Shown here piece by piece: positions 39,276 to 49,470 of a DNA stretch of 64,000 nucleotides. The stretch is from Candidatus Levyibacteriota bacterium (lineage in GTDB: Bacteria > Patescibacteriota > Microgenomatia > Levybacterales > UBA12049), in assembly GCA_016182185.1 (NCBI GenBank), contig JACOXU010000003.1, positions 123,881 to 187,880 on the forward strand, read 5' to 3'. The translations under genes were made by a program, and so were the position numbers. Position 1 is the stretch's first letter, and each line of letters opens with the position of its first letter. The notes beneath the pieces were generated by a model. That model was not told where the DNA came from. It worked only from the letters and a program-made list of their open reading frames with translations, and did not search any database.

Positions 39276-40430
39276 ATGAAGAGATTGGCAAAAAAAAATT
39301 TGACTAAAGTCATCTTTGCTCTTATTCTAATATTTATTCTCTCTACTCAAATTCAACCAACCAGAGCATTTTATCAAGCGGTTCTTACAGCGCCTGAGTT
39401 AATTCAAAATTTTCCCTTAAAACCGCTGATCTATCTGACTAATAAACCAAAAGTAAAAGAAGTGGTAATCAAATCGTCAAATCGAGAGATTTATGCAGAT
39501 CTCTATATTCCAAATGATAGGGAAAAACACCCAGCTGCGGTATTGGACCTTGGTCTTGATATTGATCGGAAAGACCCAAGAGTTGTCAAAGTCGCTGAAA
39601 CATTTGCCAGAAATGAATATATTATACTTGCTCCTAATATTCCTTATCTTTCATCAAGAAGATTAACAACAACCGCAGTTGAAGATTTCATAGCCTCCTA
39701 TAAATTTCTTGAAAACCAACCAAACGTCAAAAAAAATAAAATCGGATTCATTGGTTTCTGTACCTCGGGAGGATTAACATTAATAGCAGCCGAAAACGAA
39801 AAAATCTCCCAAAAAGTCTCCTTCGTTGTCGCCATTAATCCTTATTTCGATCTTAAAAGCCTCTATATTGCCTTAACTATAAGAGAGGTTGAAGGTCAAA
39901 AATGGACCCCTCACTTCAAGAGCGTTGAAGTATTCAACCGGGAAGCCATCGCCCTACTGGACAAAACTGCTGATCAGACAATTCTGTTTAATAATCTTGT
40001 AAATATCAGCGAGGAGGATCTAGCAAAAGGAAATTTCCCCAAACTTTTAAAAGAGGACGAACTTAGACTTTCAAAAGCAGCAATATTTACTTACCACACT
40101 CTGACCAATAAAGACTCCGATAAATCCACATTCTACTTGGAAAATGCTCAGGATTCGCAAAAAGAATTTTTAATCTCAATGTCACCTTCTACAAACATTC
40201 AGAAATTAAACGCCAAAACGTATATTTTTGCTGAAAAAGGTTTTAATTACATTCCCTATACCGAAGCAAGAAGACTTTCCCGGAAACTTGAAAAAGAAGG
40301 TAAATATCTCACTTACCAAGAAATATCAGTCCTACCGCAATCGATTCAAGAACAAACATTTAAAGAACAATTGGTTGGAATAATTAAACTTACACAGTTC
40401 ATTTTCGGTTTTTTTAAAGAGACTAACTAA
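39276..40430 (+). CDS. Membrane-anchored alpha/beta hydrolase
   Basis: ADLYIP, IGFIGFCTSGG nucleophile elbow (Cys). Confidence 0.75.
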   Translation: MKRLAKKNLTKVIFALILIFILSTQIQPTRAFYQAVLTAPELIQNFPLKPLIYLTNKPKVKEVVIKSSNREIYADLYIPNDREKHPAAVLDLGLDIDRKDPRVVKVAETFARNEYIILAPNIPYLSSRRLTTTAVEDFIASYKFLENQPNVKKNKIGFIGFCTSGGLTLIAAENEKISQKVSFVVAINPYFDLKSLYIALTIREVEGQKWTPHFKSVEVFNREAIALLDKTADQTILFNNLVNISEEDLAKGNFPKLLKEDELRLSKAAIFTYHTLTNKDSDKSTFYLENAQDSQKEFLISMSPSTNIQKLNAKTYIFAEKGFNYIPYTEARRLSRKLEKEGKYLTYQEISVLPQSIQEQTFKEQLVGIIKLTQFIFGFFKETN

Positions 40431-41392
40431 TTTGAGGGACAATTCTGATAATAACTATTATAAATAACGGTGCCGCCGTAAAATAAAAGCCCGTGTCCAA
40501 AAGTGCTGTCAATGCCCGTGGTTCCAATATCCTGAGCGGGATTTAAAACTGCATCTTTAAGCTTACCCACTGTAAAATTTGGAATACACGCAGCAACAGC
40601 TGCCGCAGTCCCCGAAACAAATGGTGCCGCAATCGATGTCGCTTGAGCATTTACAACCGTATTTGAGCCATCATTTAACACCATTAGTGTTTTAATGTCA
40701 TGACCCGGTGCCGAGATATCGACTCCCGAATATGTATTTCCGTCCAGTGTAGTCCGGTTGCAACCGTAACTATGATGATAGACAGAATTGGCATCACGCC
40801 AAACGGCGACCACAGATACTACTTGCCAATAAGCAGCCGGAAAGCCGATGAAGCAATTTTCAGGAGCAGTAAAATCATCCTCATTCTTCGCCCCAGCGAC
40901 CACTAGAACATTGCGATTATAGGCATTACCGATTGCATCTCGAAGCTCCAGATGATCGATATCATTCGTTGAAGCTAAACTTATATTAATCACCCTGATG
41001 TTTAAGTTTGAATATATTGGATTTGTAATAACATCGTTAATAGCAGCAGCCAAGTCTTGAACAGTCCCTTCGTTGGCTCCATTTTGAACCCTGGAAATTA
41101 ATACTTTTGTTTTCCAGTTAACCGCCGCGATATCCTGTCCGTTATTCGTTTTTGCCAGAATGATAGAAGCCACCTTAGTCCCGTGACCGTCATCGTCAGT
41201 CACATCGCTTGAACCATCGATATAATTTTTTCCCAGCACTGTCCTCGCAACATCCGTATCCCTGTGAATGTCGTAGCCGGTATCCAAAACGGCAACAGTT
41301 GATGCCCCGGCAACAATCCCGGGCTTCTTTTCGGGCTGATTATTTCTAAAATAACCGTTGGCAGGCTGCGGGCTAAATTCAACTCTGCTCAT
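40427..41392 (-). CDS. S8 (subtilisin-family) serine peptidase lacking signal peptide and prodomain
   Basis: VAVLDTG, DDDGHGTKVA, INISL, ATSIAAPFVSG, FGHG. Confidence 0.8.
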   Translation of the reverse strand: MSRVEFSPQPANGYFRNNQPEKKPGIVAGASTVAVLDTGYDIHRDTDVARTVLGKNYIDGSSDVTDDDGHGTKVASIILAKTNNGQDIAAVNWKTKVLISRVQNGANEGTVQDLAAAINDVITNPIYSNLNIRVINISLASTNDIDHLELRDAIGNAYNRNVLVVAGAKNEDDFTAPENCFIGFPAAYWQVVSVVAVWRDANSVYHHSYGCNRTTLDGNTYSGVDISAPGHDIKTLMVLNDGSNTVVNAQATSIAAPFVSGTAAAVAACIPNFTVGKLKDAVLNPAQDIGTTGIDSTFGHGLLFYGGTVIYNSYYQNCPSN

Positions 41393-41435
41393 GTTTGTGA
41401 CGCGAACATACTCCTTTTGACCCTTTTTGTCAAAC

Positions 41436-42584
41436 TTATCTTAGCCCGCCTATGACCTTTACTCTATGAAGAAGTGTGTCGTCCTCAAGAACTTTCCCAG
41501 CTCCTCTTACAACGGTCGTAAGGGGATCATCGGATCTTATCACCGGAAGATGAGTTCTCTCAACTATCATATGTTCAAGACCCGGCAGAAGAGATCCTCC
41601 GCCTGTTAAAACAATACCATGTTCCAAAATATCAGAAGTAAGCTCTGGCGGCGCATCTTCTAAGACATCTGAAATTCCTTCGATTATTTCGGATAACACC
41701 GGAGCAAGTGCCTCTCTTACCTCAGTTTCACTAATTCGAAGACTTTTAGGAAGTCCTGTTTCTATATCTCTTCCTCTTACCACAGCAAATTTTTCTCTAG
41801 GCGTCACATTTATCGTTTCTGATTTACCTTCTTCGCTTTTGAGCCTTGAGCTTTGCCGTGCGTCGCCAGAGGCTATGCCGGCGGCGCGAGGTTTGACTTT
41901 TTCTTCATATGCGCTGCCAATTTTTATTTTTAAATCTTCAATTGTTTTTTCACCCAAAAGTAGTCCGTGACGTAGTCTAATATAATGAGCAATTGCTTTA
42001 TCCATCTCATCGCCTGCAGAAAGCAATGACTTGCTAATCACAATTCCACCTAATGAGATAACAGCTATCTCGGTGGTCCCTCCTCCGATATCAACAACCA
42101 TTGCTCCTGTTGGAGAAAATACAGATATACCTTCTCCAATTGCTGCTGCCATTGGCTCCTCGATGAGAAATGCTTCTCTTGCCCCGCTTGCCAAAGCTGC
42201 CTCCCAAACAGCTCTTCTTTGCACCTCGGTGACTGCCGAAGGAATTCCGATCACAACTCTTGGCTTTGACAAAGCAGTTGGTAAATAACTTCCGACCTCA
42301 TGAACTGCCTGGATGTAGTGAGAAATCATGCTTGCTGTTGCATCAAAATCAGCTATCACTCCGCCTCTTATTGGCCGCACAGTTATAATAGATGCCGGAG
42401 TTTTACCTAACATTCTTTTGGCCTCGCTCCCTATTGCAATAACTTTTTTGCTTCTCTTGTGCATTGCCACAACCGAAGGCTCTCTTATTACGATCCCCTT
42501 CCCTTTCACCCACACAAGCGTATTGGCAGTTCCTAGATCAATGCCGATATCATGAGAAAAGAAACCAAAAAGTTTATTTAACAT
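41436..42584 (-). CDS. mreB: Rod shape-determining protein MreB with an in-frame insertion
   Basis: DLGTANT, IEEPMAAAIG, DIGGGTTE, LTGGGSLL. Confidence 0.96.
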   Translation of the reverse strand: MLNKLFGFFSHDIGIDLGTANTLVWVKGKGIVIREPSVVAMHKRSKKVIAIGSEAKRMLGKTPASIITVRPIRGGVIADFDATASMISHYIQAVHEVGSYLPTALSKPRVVIGIPSAVTEVQRRAVWEAALASGAREAFLIEEPMAAAIGEGISVFSPTGAMVVDIGGGTTEIAVISLGGIVISKSLLSAGDEMDKAIAHYIRLRHGLLLGEKTIEDLKIKIGSAYEEKVKPRAAGIASGDARQSSRLKSEEGKSETINVTPREKFAVVRGRDIETGLPKSLRISETEVREALAPVLSEIIEGISDVLEDAPPELTSDILEHGIVLTGGGSLLPGLEHMIVERTHLPVIRSDDPLTTVVRGAGKVLEDDTLLHRVKVIGGLR

Positions 42585-42713
42585 CTGGATAGGTCAATTT
42601 GTAATTCCCATCATACCATCTTGCCCAAAGATTTCCAATATGATAATCTTAAATAAATTTTTAATTTCTAATTTAGGTGAATTAGGTTAATTAGAACAAT
42701 TAGGTCAATTTAG

Positions 42714-45008
42714 ATGAAGATCATTAATATTTGTAACCGTGTTATCGAGTTTTCCTTCTATTTTCTTTTCTTCTTTATCCCTCTTATTCTTTTCGGAACT
42801 ACATCAGAACTTTTTGAATTCAATAAAATGTGGTTCACTTTTGGAATCACGATTTTAATTTCGGTAAGCTGGATAATTAAATCAATCATTAAAAAACAGT
42901 TTCAAATCCAGAAAACTCCTCTTGATATTCCAATTCTTCTTTTTCTACTTTCTCAAATAATCTCTACCCTTTTCTCATGGGATTTTCATGTTTCATTTTG
43001 GGGTTACTATTCGAGGTTCAACGGAGGGCTCCTCTCTACAATTTCTTACATTGCCCTTTATTATGCTTTTGTCAGCAACTTCACTGCAAAAAATGAAAAC
43101 AATAAAATTGAAACTCTCGAAGGCACAAAAATGGTAAAAAACGTTCTCTTGGTCAGTCTCATGTCAGGAGTTGTTGTTGCCCTATGGGGAATTCCCTCTC
43201 ATTTTGGCTATGACCCGACTTGTCTTGTTTTCAGGGGAACGTTTGATGTATCGTGTTGGACTTTTGACTTTCAACCAAAAGTGAGAATTTTTTCAACGCT
43301 TGGTCAACCGGGATGGCTTGCAGCCTATCTTGCAATTCTTCTGCCTATATCTATTTATTTTTTTATTAAAAATTTTAAGCACAAAGATAATGAAGAAAAA
43401 TCTTCATTTTTTGATTTAAAGTTTCCAGACAAACCTAAGCCTATACTGCTCTCTCTATTTTATCTTTCATCAATTATTTTGTTTTCCATATCTCTTATTT
43501 ATTCTGTCTCTCGTTCTGGTGTCCTGGGCGTTTTAATCTCCTTAGGTTTTTTTGTCGCCGTCTATATATGGCATCGATACAAGAAAAGCTCAATTAATTT
43601 ACCAATCCTTATTATCCTCGCAGGATTAATCGTTCTTATTCTTTCAAATCAGACGCTGATAAATCTAAAATTCGATATCGGTTCTGAGCCTACCAATATT
43701 GCGAAGGAGTCCTCAGAACAAATTCAAGAGGTAAAACCTCATGTTGAAGCACTCGGTGGAACCGATTCAGGAAGGATCAGAGAGTATGTTTGGAGCGGTG
43801 CAATTGAGGCCTGGAAAAATTACCCGCTCTTTGGCACAGGAGTTGAGACATTTGCATTTGCCTATTATAAATACAAACCCGTCGGTCAAAACTTAACAAG
43901 TGAATGGAATTTCCTGTACAATAAAGCCCATAACGAATTTCTTAATTACCTCGCAACGACAGGAATTTTTGGTCTCGGGAGTTATCTCTTGTTAATCGGT
44001 TACTTTTTTTATCTTCTTTTCAAAAGACTTAAATATGCCGTTTTAAAACCCCAGGAAAACCGCCTGCCTCTTCTTACTCTTGCTCTTCTTTCTTCCTATA
44101 TATCGATTCTTATAACTAATTTTTTTGGCTTCTCCGTTGTAATAGTAAATATTTATTTTTTCCTTATACCTGCCTTCGTTTTGCTTCAGGAAAAACTTAT
44201 AGATCCTGAAAGAAAAATAATGATCCCAAAAACAGTTTCTGAGAATAGCGATTCTTCAAAGTTTTCACCATTTCAATGGAGTAGCATAACCATAACTGCC
44301 CTTATAGCTCTATATTTTCTTTATACTCTTTATGTCTATTGGGATTCAGACAAGCTATACGCTTACGGCTCGAATCTTGATAAAGCCGGATACCCGCAAG
44401 AAGCATATAAATATCTTCATAAAGCGGTTGCGCGCAGAAGCTCTGAACCGGTTTTCAAGGACGCCTTGATTGTTAACAATGCAAATGTTGCTGCACAAAT
44501 GCTTCTTGAATCTGATAAAGTAACGAGCGAGTCCGCCCAGCAAGCATCGGCGATTGCCCAAGAGGCAATAAATATAAGTAATGAATTGACTCTCAATTAT
44601 TCAAATAACATTGTTTTTTGGAAATCTCGGGTGCGCATGTTTTACACCTTATCGCAAGTTGATGCAAGATTCTTGCCGCAAGCCCTTGAGGCAATAAGAC
44701 GTGCAAGTGAACTTGCTCCGAATGATACAAGCATTCTTTACAACCATGGCGTACTTGAGGGACAAAATGGGAATATCAACGAAGCAATAAGGGTTCTTGA
44801 AAAGACAGTTACGCTTAAGCCGGATTATAGAGATCCTCATTTTGCTTTGGGACTTTTCTATCATCAGGCCGCGGTTGACAAAAACGGTAAGGTTATAAAT
44901 CAGGAATTTTTTCAAAAAGGGGTCGATCAAATGCAGTTTATCCTGAATCGCCTAAGCCCCACTGATGATGGTGCCAAAGAAGCACTCAAATCCTGGGGAA
45001 AACTATAA
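42714..45008 (+). CDS. O-antigen ligase family membrane protein with C-terminal TPRs
   Basis: STLGQP, SRSG, GTGVETF, NKAHNEFL, TPR repeats. Confidence 0.85.
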   Translation: MKIINICNRVIEFSFYFLFFFIPLILFGTTSELFEFNKMWFTFGITILISVSWIIKSIIKKQFQIQKTPLDIPILLFLLSQIISTLFSWDFHVSFWGYYSRFNGGLLSTISYIALYYAFVSNFTAKNENNKIETLEGTKMVKNVLLVSLMSGVVVALWGIPSHFGYDPTCLVFRGTFDVSCWTFDFQPKVRIFSTLGQPGWLAAYLAILLPISIYFFIKNFKHKDNEEKSSFFDLKFPDKPKPILLSLFYLSSIILFSISLIYSVSRSGVLGVLISLGFFVAVYIWHRYKKSSINLPILIILAGLIVLILSNQTLINLKFDIGSEPTNIAKESSEQIQEVKPHVEALGGTDSGRIREYVWSGAIEAWKNYPLFGTGVETFAFAYYKYKPVGQNLTSEWNFLYNKAHNEFLNYLATTGIFGLGSYLLLIGYFFYLLFKRLKYAVLKPQENRLPLLTLALLSSYISILITNFFGFSVVIVNIYFFLIPAFVLLQEKLIDPERKIMIPKTVSENSDSSKFSPFQWSSITITALIALYFLYTLYVYWDSDKLYAYGSNLDKAGYPQEAYKYLHKAVARRSSEPVFKDALIVNNANVAAQMLLESDKVTSESAQQASAIAQEAINISNELTLNYSNNIVFWKSRVRMFYTLSQVDARFLPQALEAIRRASELAPNDTSILYNHGVLEGQNGNINEAIRVLEKTVTLKPDYRDPHFALGLFYHQAAVDKNGKVINQEFFQKGVDQMQFILNRLSPTDDGAKEALKSWGKL

Positions 45009-45044
45009 ATTCCAAATTCCGCTTATATTTGCTATAATTTCAAG

Positions 45045-45611
45045 ATGCTCAAAATTATTACTGCTCCTGATCGAGTTCTCTCTCAAAGAGCAAAAAGAGT
45101 TAAAAAGATAGATAAATCCATCTTGGAATTTGTTGAAGAGATGAAAATGGCGCTTCTTGCGGCCAAAGATCCCGAAGGCGTGGGTCTTGCCGCACCTCAG
45201 GTTGGCAAATCTCTTTCAGTTTTTATCACAAAGCAAAACGCTAAGTCACCCATCAAAGTCTTTATAAATCCCCACCTTAAACTTGATCAAATAAATTTTA
45301 ATCCTGAAAATAAAAATCAAAAAAGAGGAGCAAAAAAATCAATTTCAAAAAGACTAGAAGGATGTCTTTCTCTTCCGAACATTTGGGGACACGTAAAACG
45401 TGGCTCCAATTTATCGATTTCGTATCAGGATGAAAATGGCAAAAATCATTCGAAAAAATTTACTGGGTTTATGGCCACAATAATTCAACACGAAATGGAT
45501 CATTTAAACGGCGCTCTTTTTACCAAAAGAGTTCTTCAACAGAATGGAATTCTCTATAAATCACATAAAAATGAACAAGGCGAAGATATTTTTGAAGAAA
45601 TAGAAGTGTAA
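45045..45611 (+). CDS. def: Peptide deformylase
   Basis: GVGLAAPQVG, EGCLS, QHEMDHL. Confidence 0.96.
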   Translation: MLKIITAPDRVLSQRAKRVKKIDKSILEFVEEMKMALLAAKDPEGVGLAAPQVGKSLSVFITKQNAKSPIKVFINPHLKLDQINFNPENKNQKRGAKKSISKRLEGCLSLPNIWGHVKRGSNLSISYQDENGKNHSKKFTGFMATIIQHEMDHLNGALFTKRVLQQNGILYKSHKNEQGEDIFEEIEV

Positions 45612-45694
45612 ATTAACCTAATTAATCTAATTGACCTAATTTCTAAATTGGGATTCTGTTTAGGTTAACTAGAAATTAGAGTGATTAGAAATTT

Positions 45695-46519
45695 ATGAAG
45701 ATCATCTTCTTTGGAAGCTCAAAATATTCGGTCATTGTTGCTAAAAAACTCCATCAGGAATTCAATTTAAAACTTGTTGTTACTACTCAAGCCGATTCCT
45801 TTCCTGTTAAATTTGCAGCAGAAAATAATATCGACCATAAGGTTGTCTCGAAGTTTGATAGAGAAACTATCGAACAGATAGAAAAATACAAACCCGATTT
45901 TAATGTTGTGGCTGATTTTGGCAAAATTCTTCCCGAAGAATTGCTCAAACTACCTAAATTTGATTCTTTAAATGTCCATCACTCACTTCTTCCCAAATAT
46001 CGAGGGCCATCCCCTGCTCCCACTGCGATTTTAAATGGAGAGAAAGTAACCGGCGTGTCAATTATTTCTATGCAAAGGGGCGTGGATCAAGGACCAGTCT
46101 TTCTCCAAAATGAATATGAAATAAAAGATATCGATACAACTGATTCGCTTCTTACCAAATTGAATGTTTTGGGCGCTGATTTAGTATCTAAAGTCATTAA
46201 AAATTTTGAGAATGAAAAGCCTATTCCGCAAGATGAATCCGAAGTGACGATTACATATCTTTTAAAAAGAGCTGATGGTTTTATTGATATAGATAATCCT
46301 CCACCGCCTGATAAATTAAATCGAATGATCAGAGCTTATTTTCCTTGGCCCAATGTTTTCTTTGAGGCTAAATTAAATGGAAAGGGGAAAATTATTAAGC
46401 TCTTGCCGGATAAACAAATTCAAGCCGAGGGAAAAAAGCCAATGAGCTATAAAGACTTTATCAATGGCTATAAAGAGGGAAAATATTTACTCCGCAAAAT
46501 TAACCTAATTTCTAATTGA
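45695..46519 (+). CDS. fmt: Methionyl-tRNA formyltransferase
   Basis: NVHHSLLPKYRGPSP, TGVSI, IRAYFPWP. Confidence 0.93.
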   Translation: MKIIFFGSSKYSVIVAKKLHQEFNLKLVVTTQADSFPVKFAAENNIDHKVVSKFDRETIEQIEKYKPDFNVVADFGKILPEELLKLPKFDSLNVHHSLLPKYRGPSPAPTAILNGEKVTGVSIISMQRGVDQGPVFLQNEYEIKDIDTTDSLLTKLNVLGADLVSKVIKNFENEKPIPQDESEVTITYLLKRADGFIDIDNPPPPDKLNRMIRAYFPWPNVFFEAKLNGKGKIIKLLPDKQIQAEGKKPMSYKDFINGYKEGKYLLRKINLISN

Positions 46520-46606
46520 TCTAATGTCTAAAACTTTGTTTTGAATTTAAGATTTTGAATTTGGAATTTGTTTAGAAATTGGAAATTAGGATTTAGAAAT
46601 TTGGTG

Positions 46607-46837
46607 CTATACAGTTATGCTAATCGTAGCTTCAGGGGACTTAACAGATTCTTTTGTTTTACTTTTAAACATCCTCAGGCATTTTGTACAAAGCTTCATT
46701 CTCCTTGAAATACCATTTACCATTACCCTTGCCATATGAAGATTTGGCTTGAAAATCCTTCTGGTTCTCCTTTTGGAATGAGAAACATTATGGCCGTACA
46801 TTATGCCTTTTCCGCAATTTTCACATTTCATACCCAT
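46607..46837 (-). CDS. rpmB: 50S ribosomal protein L28
   Basis: CENCGK, GHNVSHSKRRTRR.FKPNL, CTKC. Confidence 0.93.
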   Translation of the reverse strand: MGMKCENCGKGIMYGHNVSHSKRRTRRIFKPNLHMARVMVNGISRRMKLCTKCLRMFKSKTKESVKSPEATISITV

Positions 46838-46875
46838 AGGCAAATATGATATCATATTAAATGTTTTAAGACAAC

Positions 46876-47523
46876 ATGAACCTTCTTGCCGGACTAATCT
46901 CTCTTATCATACTTTTATTTTCAGCCATACTTCACGAGGTAGCACACGGTTTTGTGGCAGAACGTCTGGGAGACCCGACTGCAAGGCTTGCCGGAAGACT
47001 AACTCTGAACCCAAGAAAACATATAGATCTTTATATGAGCATTCTTCTTCCGCTCTTACTGATCATTTCAGGTTCTCCTGTTATCTTCGGCGCGGCTAAG
47101 CCCGTTCCGGTTGATCCTTTTAATCTCAAAGACGGAAGAAAGGATATGGCCCTCGTTTCTCTAGCCGGGCCTCTGACCAATATTATAATTGCAATAATTT
47201 CTGTAACGCTTATTAAAATCATTAATTTGACTGCCGGACCGTTTTTCCCTCCTTTTTTATCTTTAATTTATTTTTTGCTTCTTCAGATTACGCACCTTAA
47301 CCTTCTTCTGGCAATCTTTAATCTTATTCCAATTCCGCCTCTTGACGGATCGAAGATATTTGCGCTAATCCTCCCTGATAAAGAAGCGGCAATTTATCTT
47401 TCTCTTTCGTCAATCGGATTTTTCATCATTTTTTTTCTTCTTCTTTTTCCAATTGGCGGATTTTCGCTGGGAAGCATGGTCTACAACATTCTAATCTTTG
47501 CCGAAAAGCTTTTGGGAATTTGA
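46876..47523 (+). CDS. Site-2 protease (M50) family
   Basis: HEVAH, GDPTA..AGRLTLNP, NLIPIPPLDG. Confidence 0.92.
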   Translation: MNLLAGLISLIILLFSAILHEVAHGFVAERLGDPTARLAGRLTLNPRKHIDLYMSILLPLLLIISGSPVIFGAAKPVPVDPFNLKDGRKDMALVSLAGPLTNIIIAIISVTLIKIINLTAGPFFPPFLSLIYFLLLQITHLNLLLAIFNLIPIPPLDGSKIFALILPDKEAAIYLSLSSIGFFIIFFLLLFPIGGFSLGSMVYNILIFAEKLLGI

Positions 47524-47535
47524 TATACTGAGTCT

Positions 47536-48141
47536 ATGGCAATACTTGCCCTAGTCAGACACGGCGAATCAGAATGGAACGCAAAGGGTCTTTGGACTGG
47601 CTGGACAGATATTTCGCTCTCCAAAATTGGAAGAGATGAGGCCAAACAGGCCGCAGAAACACTTCGAAATGTTCAGTTTGACGTATCATATACCTCTATA
47701 CTCTCAAGAGCCAAAGAAACACTTGAAATAATAAAGCAAACTATTGGAAGTACTGGTTTAAAAACCATTGAATCTCCAGCCTTAAACGAAAGAGATTATG
47801 GAGAATTTACCGGCAAAAATAAATGGGAAATAGAAAAAGAAGTAGGCCGAGAAAATTTTCAAAAACTACGACGTGGCTGGTATTATCCGATTGAAAATGG
47901 AGAGACGCTTAAAGATGTTTATGAAAGAGTAGTCCCGTATTACAGACAGGAGATTTTGCCGAACCTAGAACAAGGTAAAAATGTACTAATTTCTGCCCAC
48001 GGCAACAGTCTCAGGGCGCTTGTAAAATACCTGGATAATATTTCAGATGTTGATATCTCAAATCTTGAAATCGCCACAGGTGAGGCAGTAATCTACGAGG
48101 TAAATTCAGAAGGGAAAGCAATCCGCAAAAAAGTTAGCTAA
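47536..48141 (+). CDS. gpmA: 2,3-bisphosphoglycerate-dependent phosphoglycerate mutase
   Basis: RHGESEWN, LNERDYG, AHGNSLRAL. Confidence 0.95.
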   Translation: MAILALVRHGESEWNAKGLWTGWTDISLSKIGRDEAKQAAETLRNVQFDVSYTSILSRAKETLEIIKQTIGSTGLKTIESPALNERDYGEFTGKNKWEIEKEVGRENFQKLRRGWYYPIENGETLKDVYERVVPYYRQEILPNLEQGKNVLISAHGNSLRALVKYLDNISDVDISNLEIATGEAVIYEVNSEGKAIRKKVS

Positions 48142-48147
48142 ACCTTG

Positions 48148-48219
48148 CAGGGACGCTCGGACTCGAACCGAGAAAAGCAGTTTTGGAGACTGCTGTGATA
48201 ACCATTTCACCACGTCCCT
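48148..48219 (-). tRNA. tRNA-Trp(CCA)
   Basis: AGGGACG acceptor, GCAGT-CTCCAAA-ACTGC. Confidence 0.95.
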
Positions 48220-48304
48220 AATTTAAAGTTAAAATTCAAAAGACAAAAGTCAAAATTGCCTTTTTAATATACAGTTTTCGTAACAAACTTGCAATTTTGG
48301 TTTC

Positions 48305-48481
48305 TTACTTTAATTTTTCTGTTTCCTTGTGATCGGTTTTCTTTCGACAATGTCTGCAATATTTTTTAAGCAATAATTTCTCGGTCGTATTTAACTTATT
48401 TCTAGTTGTTACATAATTTCTGTTTTTGCAGACCGTACAGACAAGTCCGACTTTTACCCTGTGTTCACCTTTTTTCGCCAT
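48305..48481 (-). CDS. rpmG: 50S ribosomal protein L33 (58 aa, not in ORF track)
   Basis: MAKKGEHRVKVGLVCTVCKNRNYVTTRNK...KKYCRHCRKKTDHKE; SD AGGAGG. Confidence 0.95.
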   Translation of the reverse strand: MAKKGEHRVKVGLVCTVCKNRNYVTTRNKLNTTEKLLLKKYCRHCRKKTDHKETEKLK

Positions 48482-48506
48482 AAATTCCTCCTTTCATGTT
48501 AATTTG

Positions 48507-48578
48507 AGCCGACGATGGGAATCGAACCCATGACCTAGTCATTACCAATGACTTGCTCTGCCACTGAGCCACGTCGGC
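48507..48578 (-). tRNA. tRNA-Thr(GGT)
   Basis: GCCGACG acceptor, AGTCA-TTGGTAA-TGACT. Confidence 0.95.
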
Positions 48579-48600
48579 CTACAAAGCCCGTTTGACGCAG

Positions 48601-48684
48601 TGCTAGGTGAGGGACTCGAACCCCCGTAGCCCTTCCGGGCGCCTCGTCTACAGCGAGGAGCAATTGCCGCTATGCGAACCTAGC
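48601..48684 (-). tRNA. tRNA-Tyr(GTA)
   Basis: GCTAGGT acceptor, CCTCG-CTGTAGA-CGAGG, long variable arm. Confidence 0.93.
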
Positions 48685-49051
48685 ATTTAAATTCATTCCA
48701 ACTTTTAGAACCAACAACTATATGAGCTTTTGTGATTACTTTTTCTGCAGGAATCAAATATTTTTCTCCATTACTGCAATAAATAAATAAGAAATCGAAA
48801 TCCTCGCTTTTATATCTATTATGATATGTCTTTTTTCTATATCCACCAAATGTTCTTAAATCAATATTGTAACCACCGCTTGATTCCTTGTCATCTGTAT
48901 ATTTACATTGAATCTTCTTAAAATTACCATCGTCTATCACCAAATCATACAAATCGCAATCCGCTATTGGAAGAAGAACAGTATTCCCTTTGGCTATAAA
49001 ATGATCGATGGCTACTCCCAATGCCAAACTTCCTTTTCGTTTAGTATTCAC
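48680..49051 (-). CDS. Free-standing PD-(D/E)XK endonuclease (group I intron-associated type)
   Basis: NTKRKG...YDLVID...KKIQCK...YKSEDFDFL...YLIP; TTGACA-17-TATAAT ends 6 nt before GTG 49051. Confidence 0.8.
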   Translation of the reverse strand: MNTKRKGSLALGVAIDHFIAKGNTVLLPIADCDLYDLVIDDGNFKKIQCKYTDDKESSGGYNIDLRTFGGYRKKTYHNRYKSEDFDFLFIYCSNGEKYLIPAEKVITKAHIVVGSKSWNEFKC

Positions 49052-49093
49052 GTATTTATTATACGTGGTTACTATACACGTGTCAATGTGCTG

Positions 49094-49165
49094 AGCCGAA
49101 GGTGGGATTCGAACCCACGACTTGCTGTTTACAAAACAGCTACTCTGCCACTGAGTTACTTCGGC
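49094..49165 (-). tRNA. tRNA-Thr(TGT)
   Basis: GCCGAAG acceptor, GCTGT-TTTGTAA-ACAGC. Confidence 0.95.
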
Positions 49166-49470
49166 CAATCCAACCTATTTTACCAAAAAGAAAATGAAAT
49201 TAATATCCCCTTTGGGGCCTGAACCAGAAGATTGTAGGAGAGATAAATTCGTCCTTGATACCGAGAACAGCTGGTGTCTCCCCATATATGTAATTTAGGA
49301 AGGCTATTAAATTTGGCGCACCAAACCTAAACTTGCCTCGTCCCCCCCCTTTTTTAAAAAAGAGGGGGTACCTCATATGTGGTGAATTTGTAGAGGAAAA
49401 ATATCCAACTTTCTCTAGTATCAAAGAACAAGAATAGTATAAATCTATTTACTGAAAAAAGTCAATCCCA

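Noticed and set aside
49052-49168. N-terminal extension of the endonuclease ORF (and 24260-24322 of the 24029 ORF)
   Set aside because: Both overlap tRNA genes; better starts exist downstream
49200-49424. 74-aa ORF
   Set aside because: No recognisable motif and it spans a palindromic repeat; coding status unsupported
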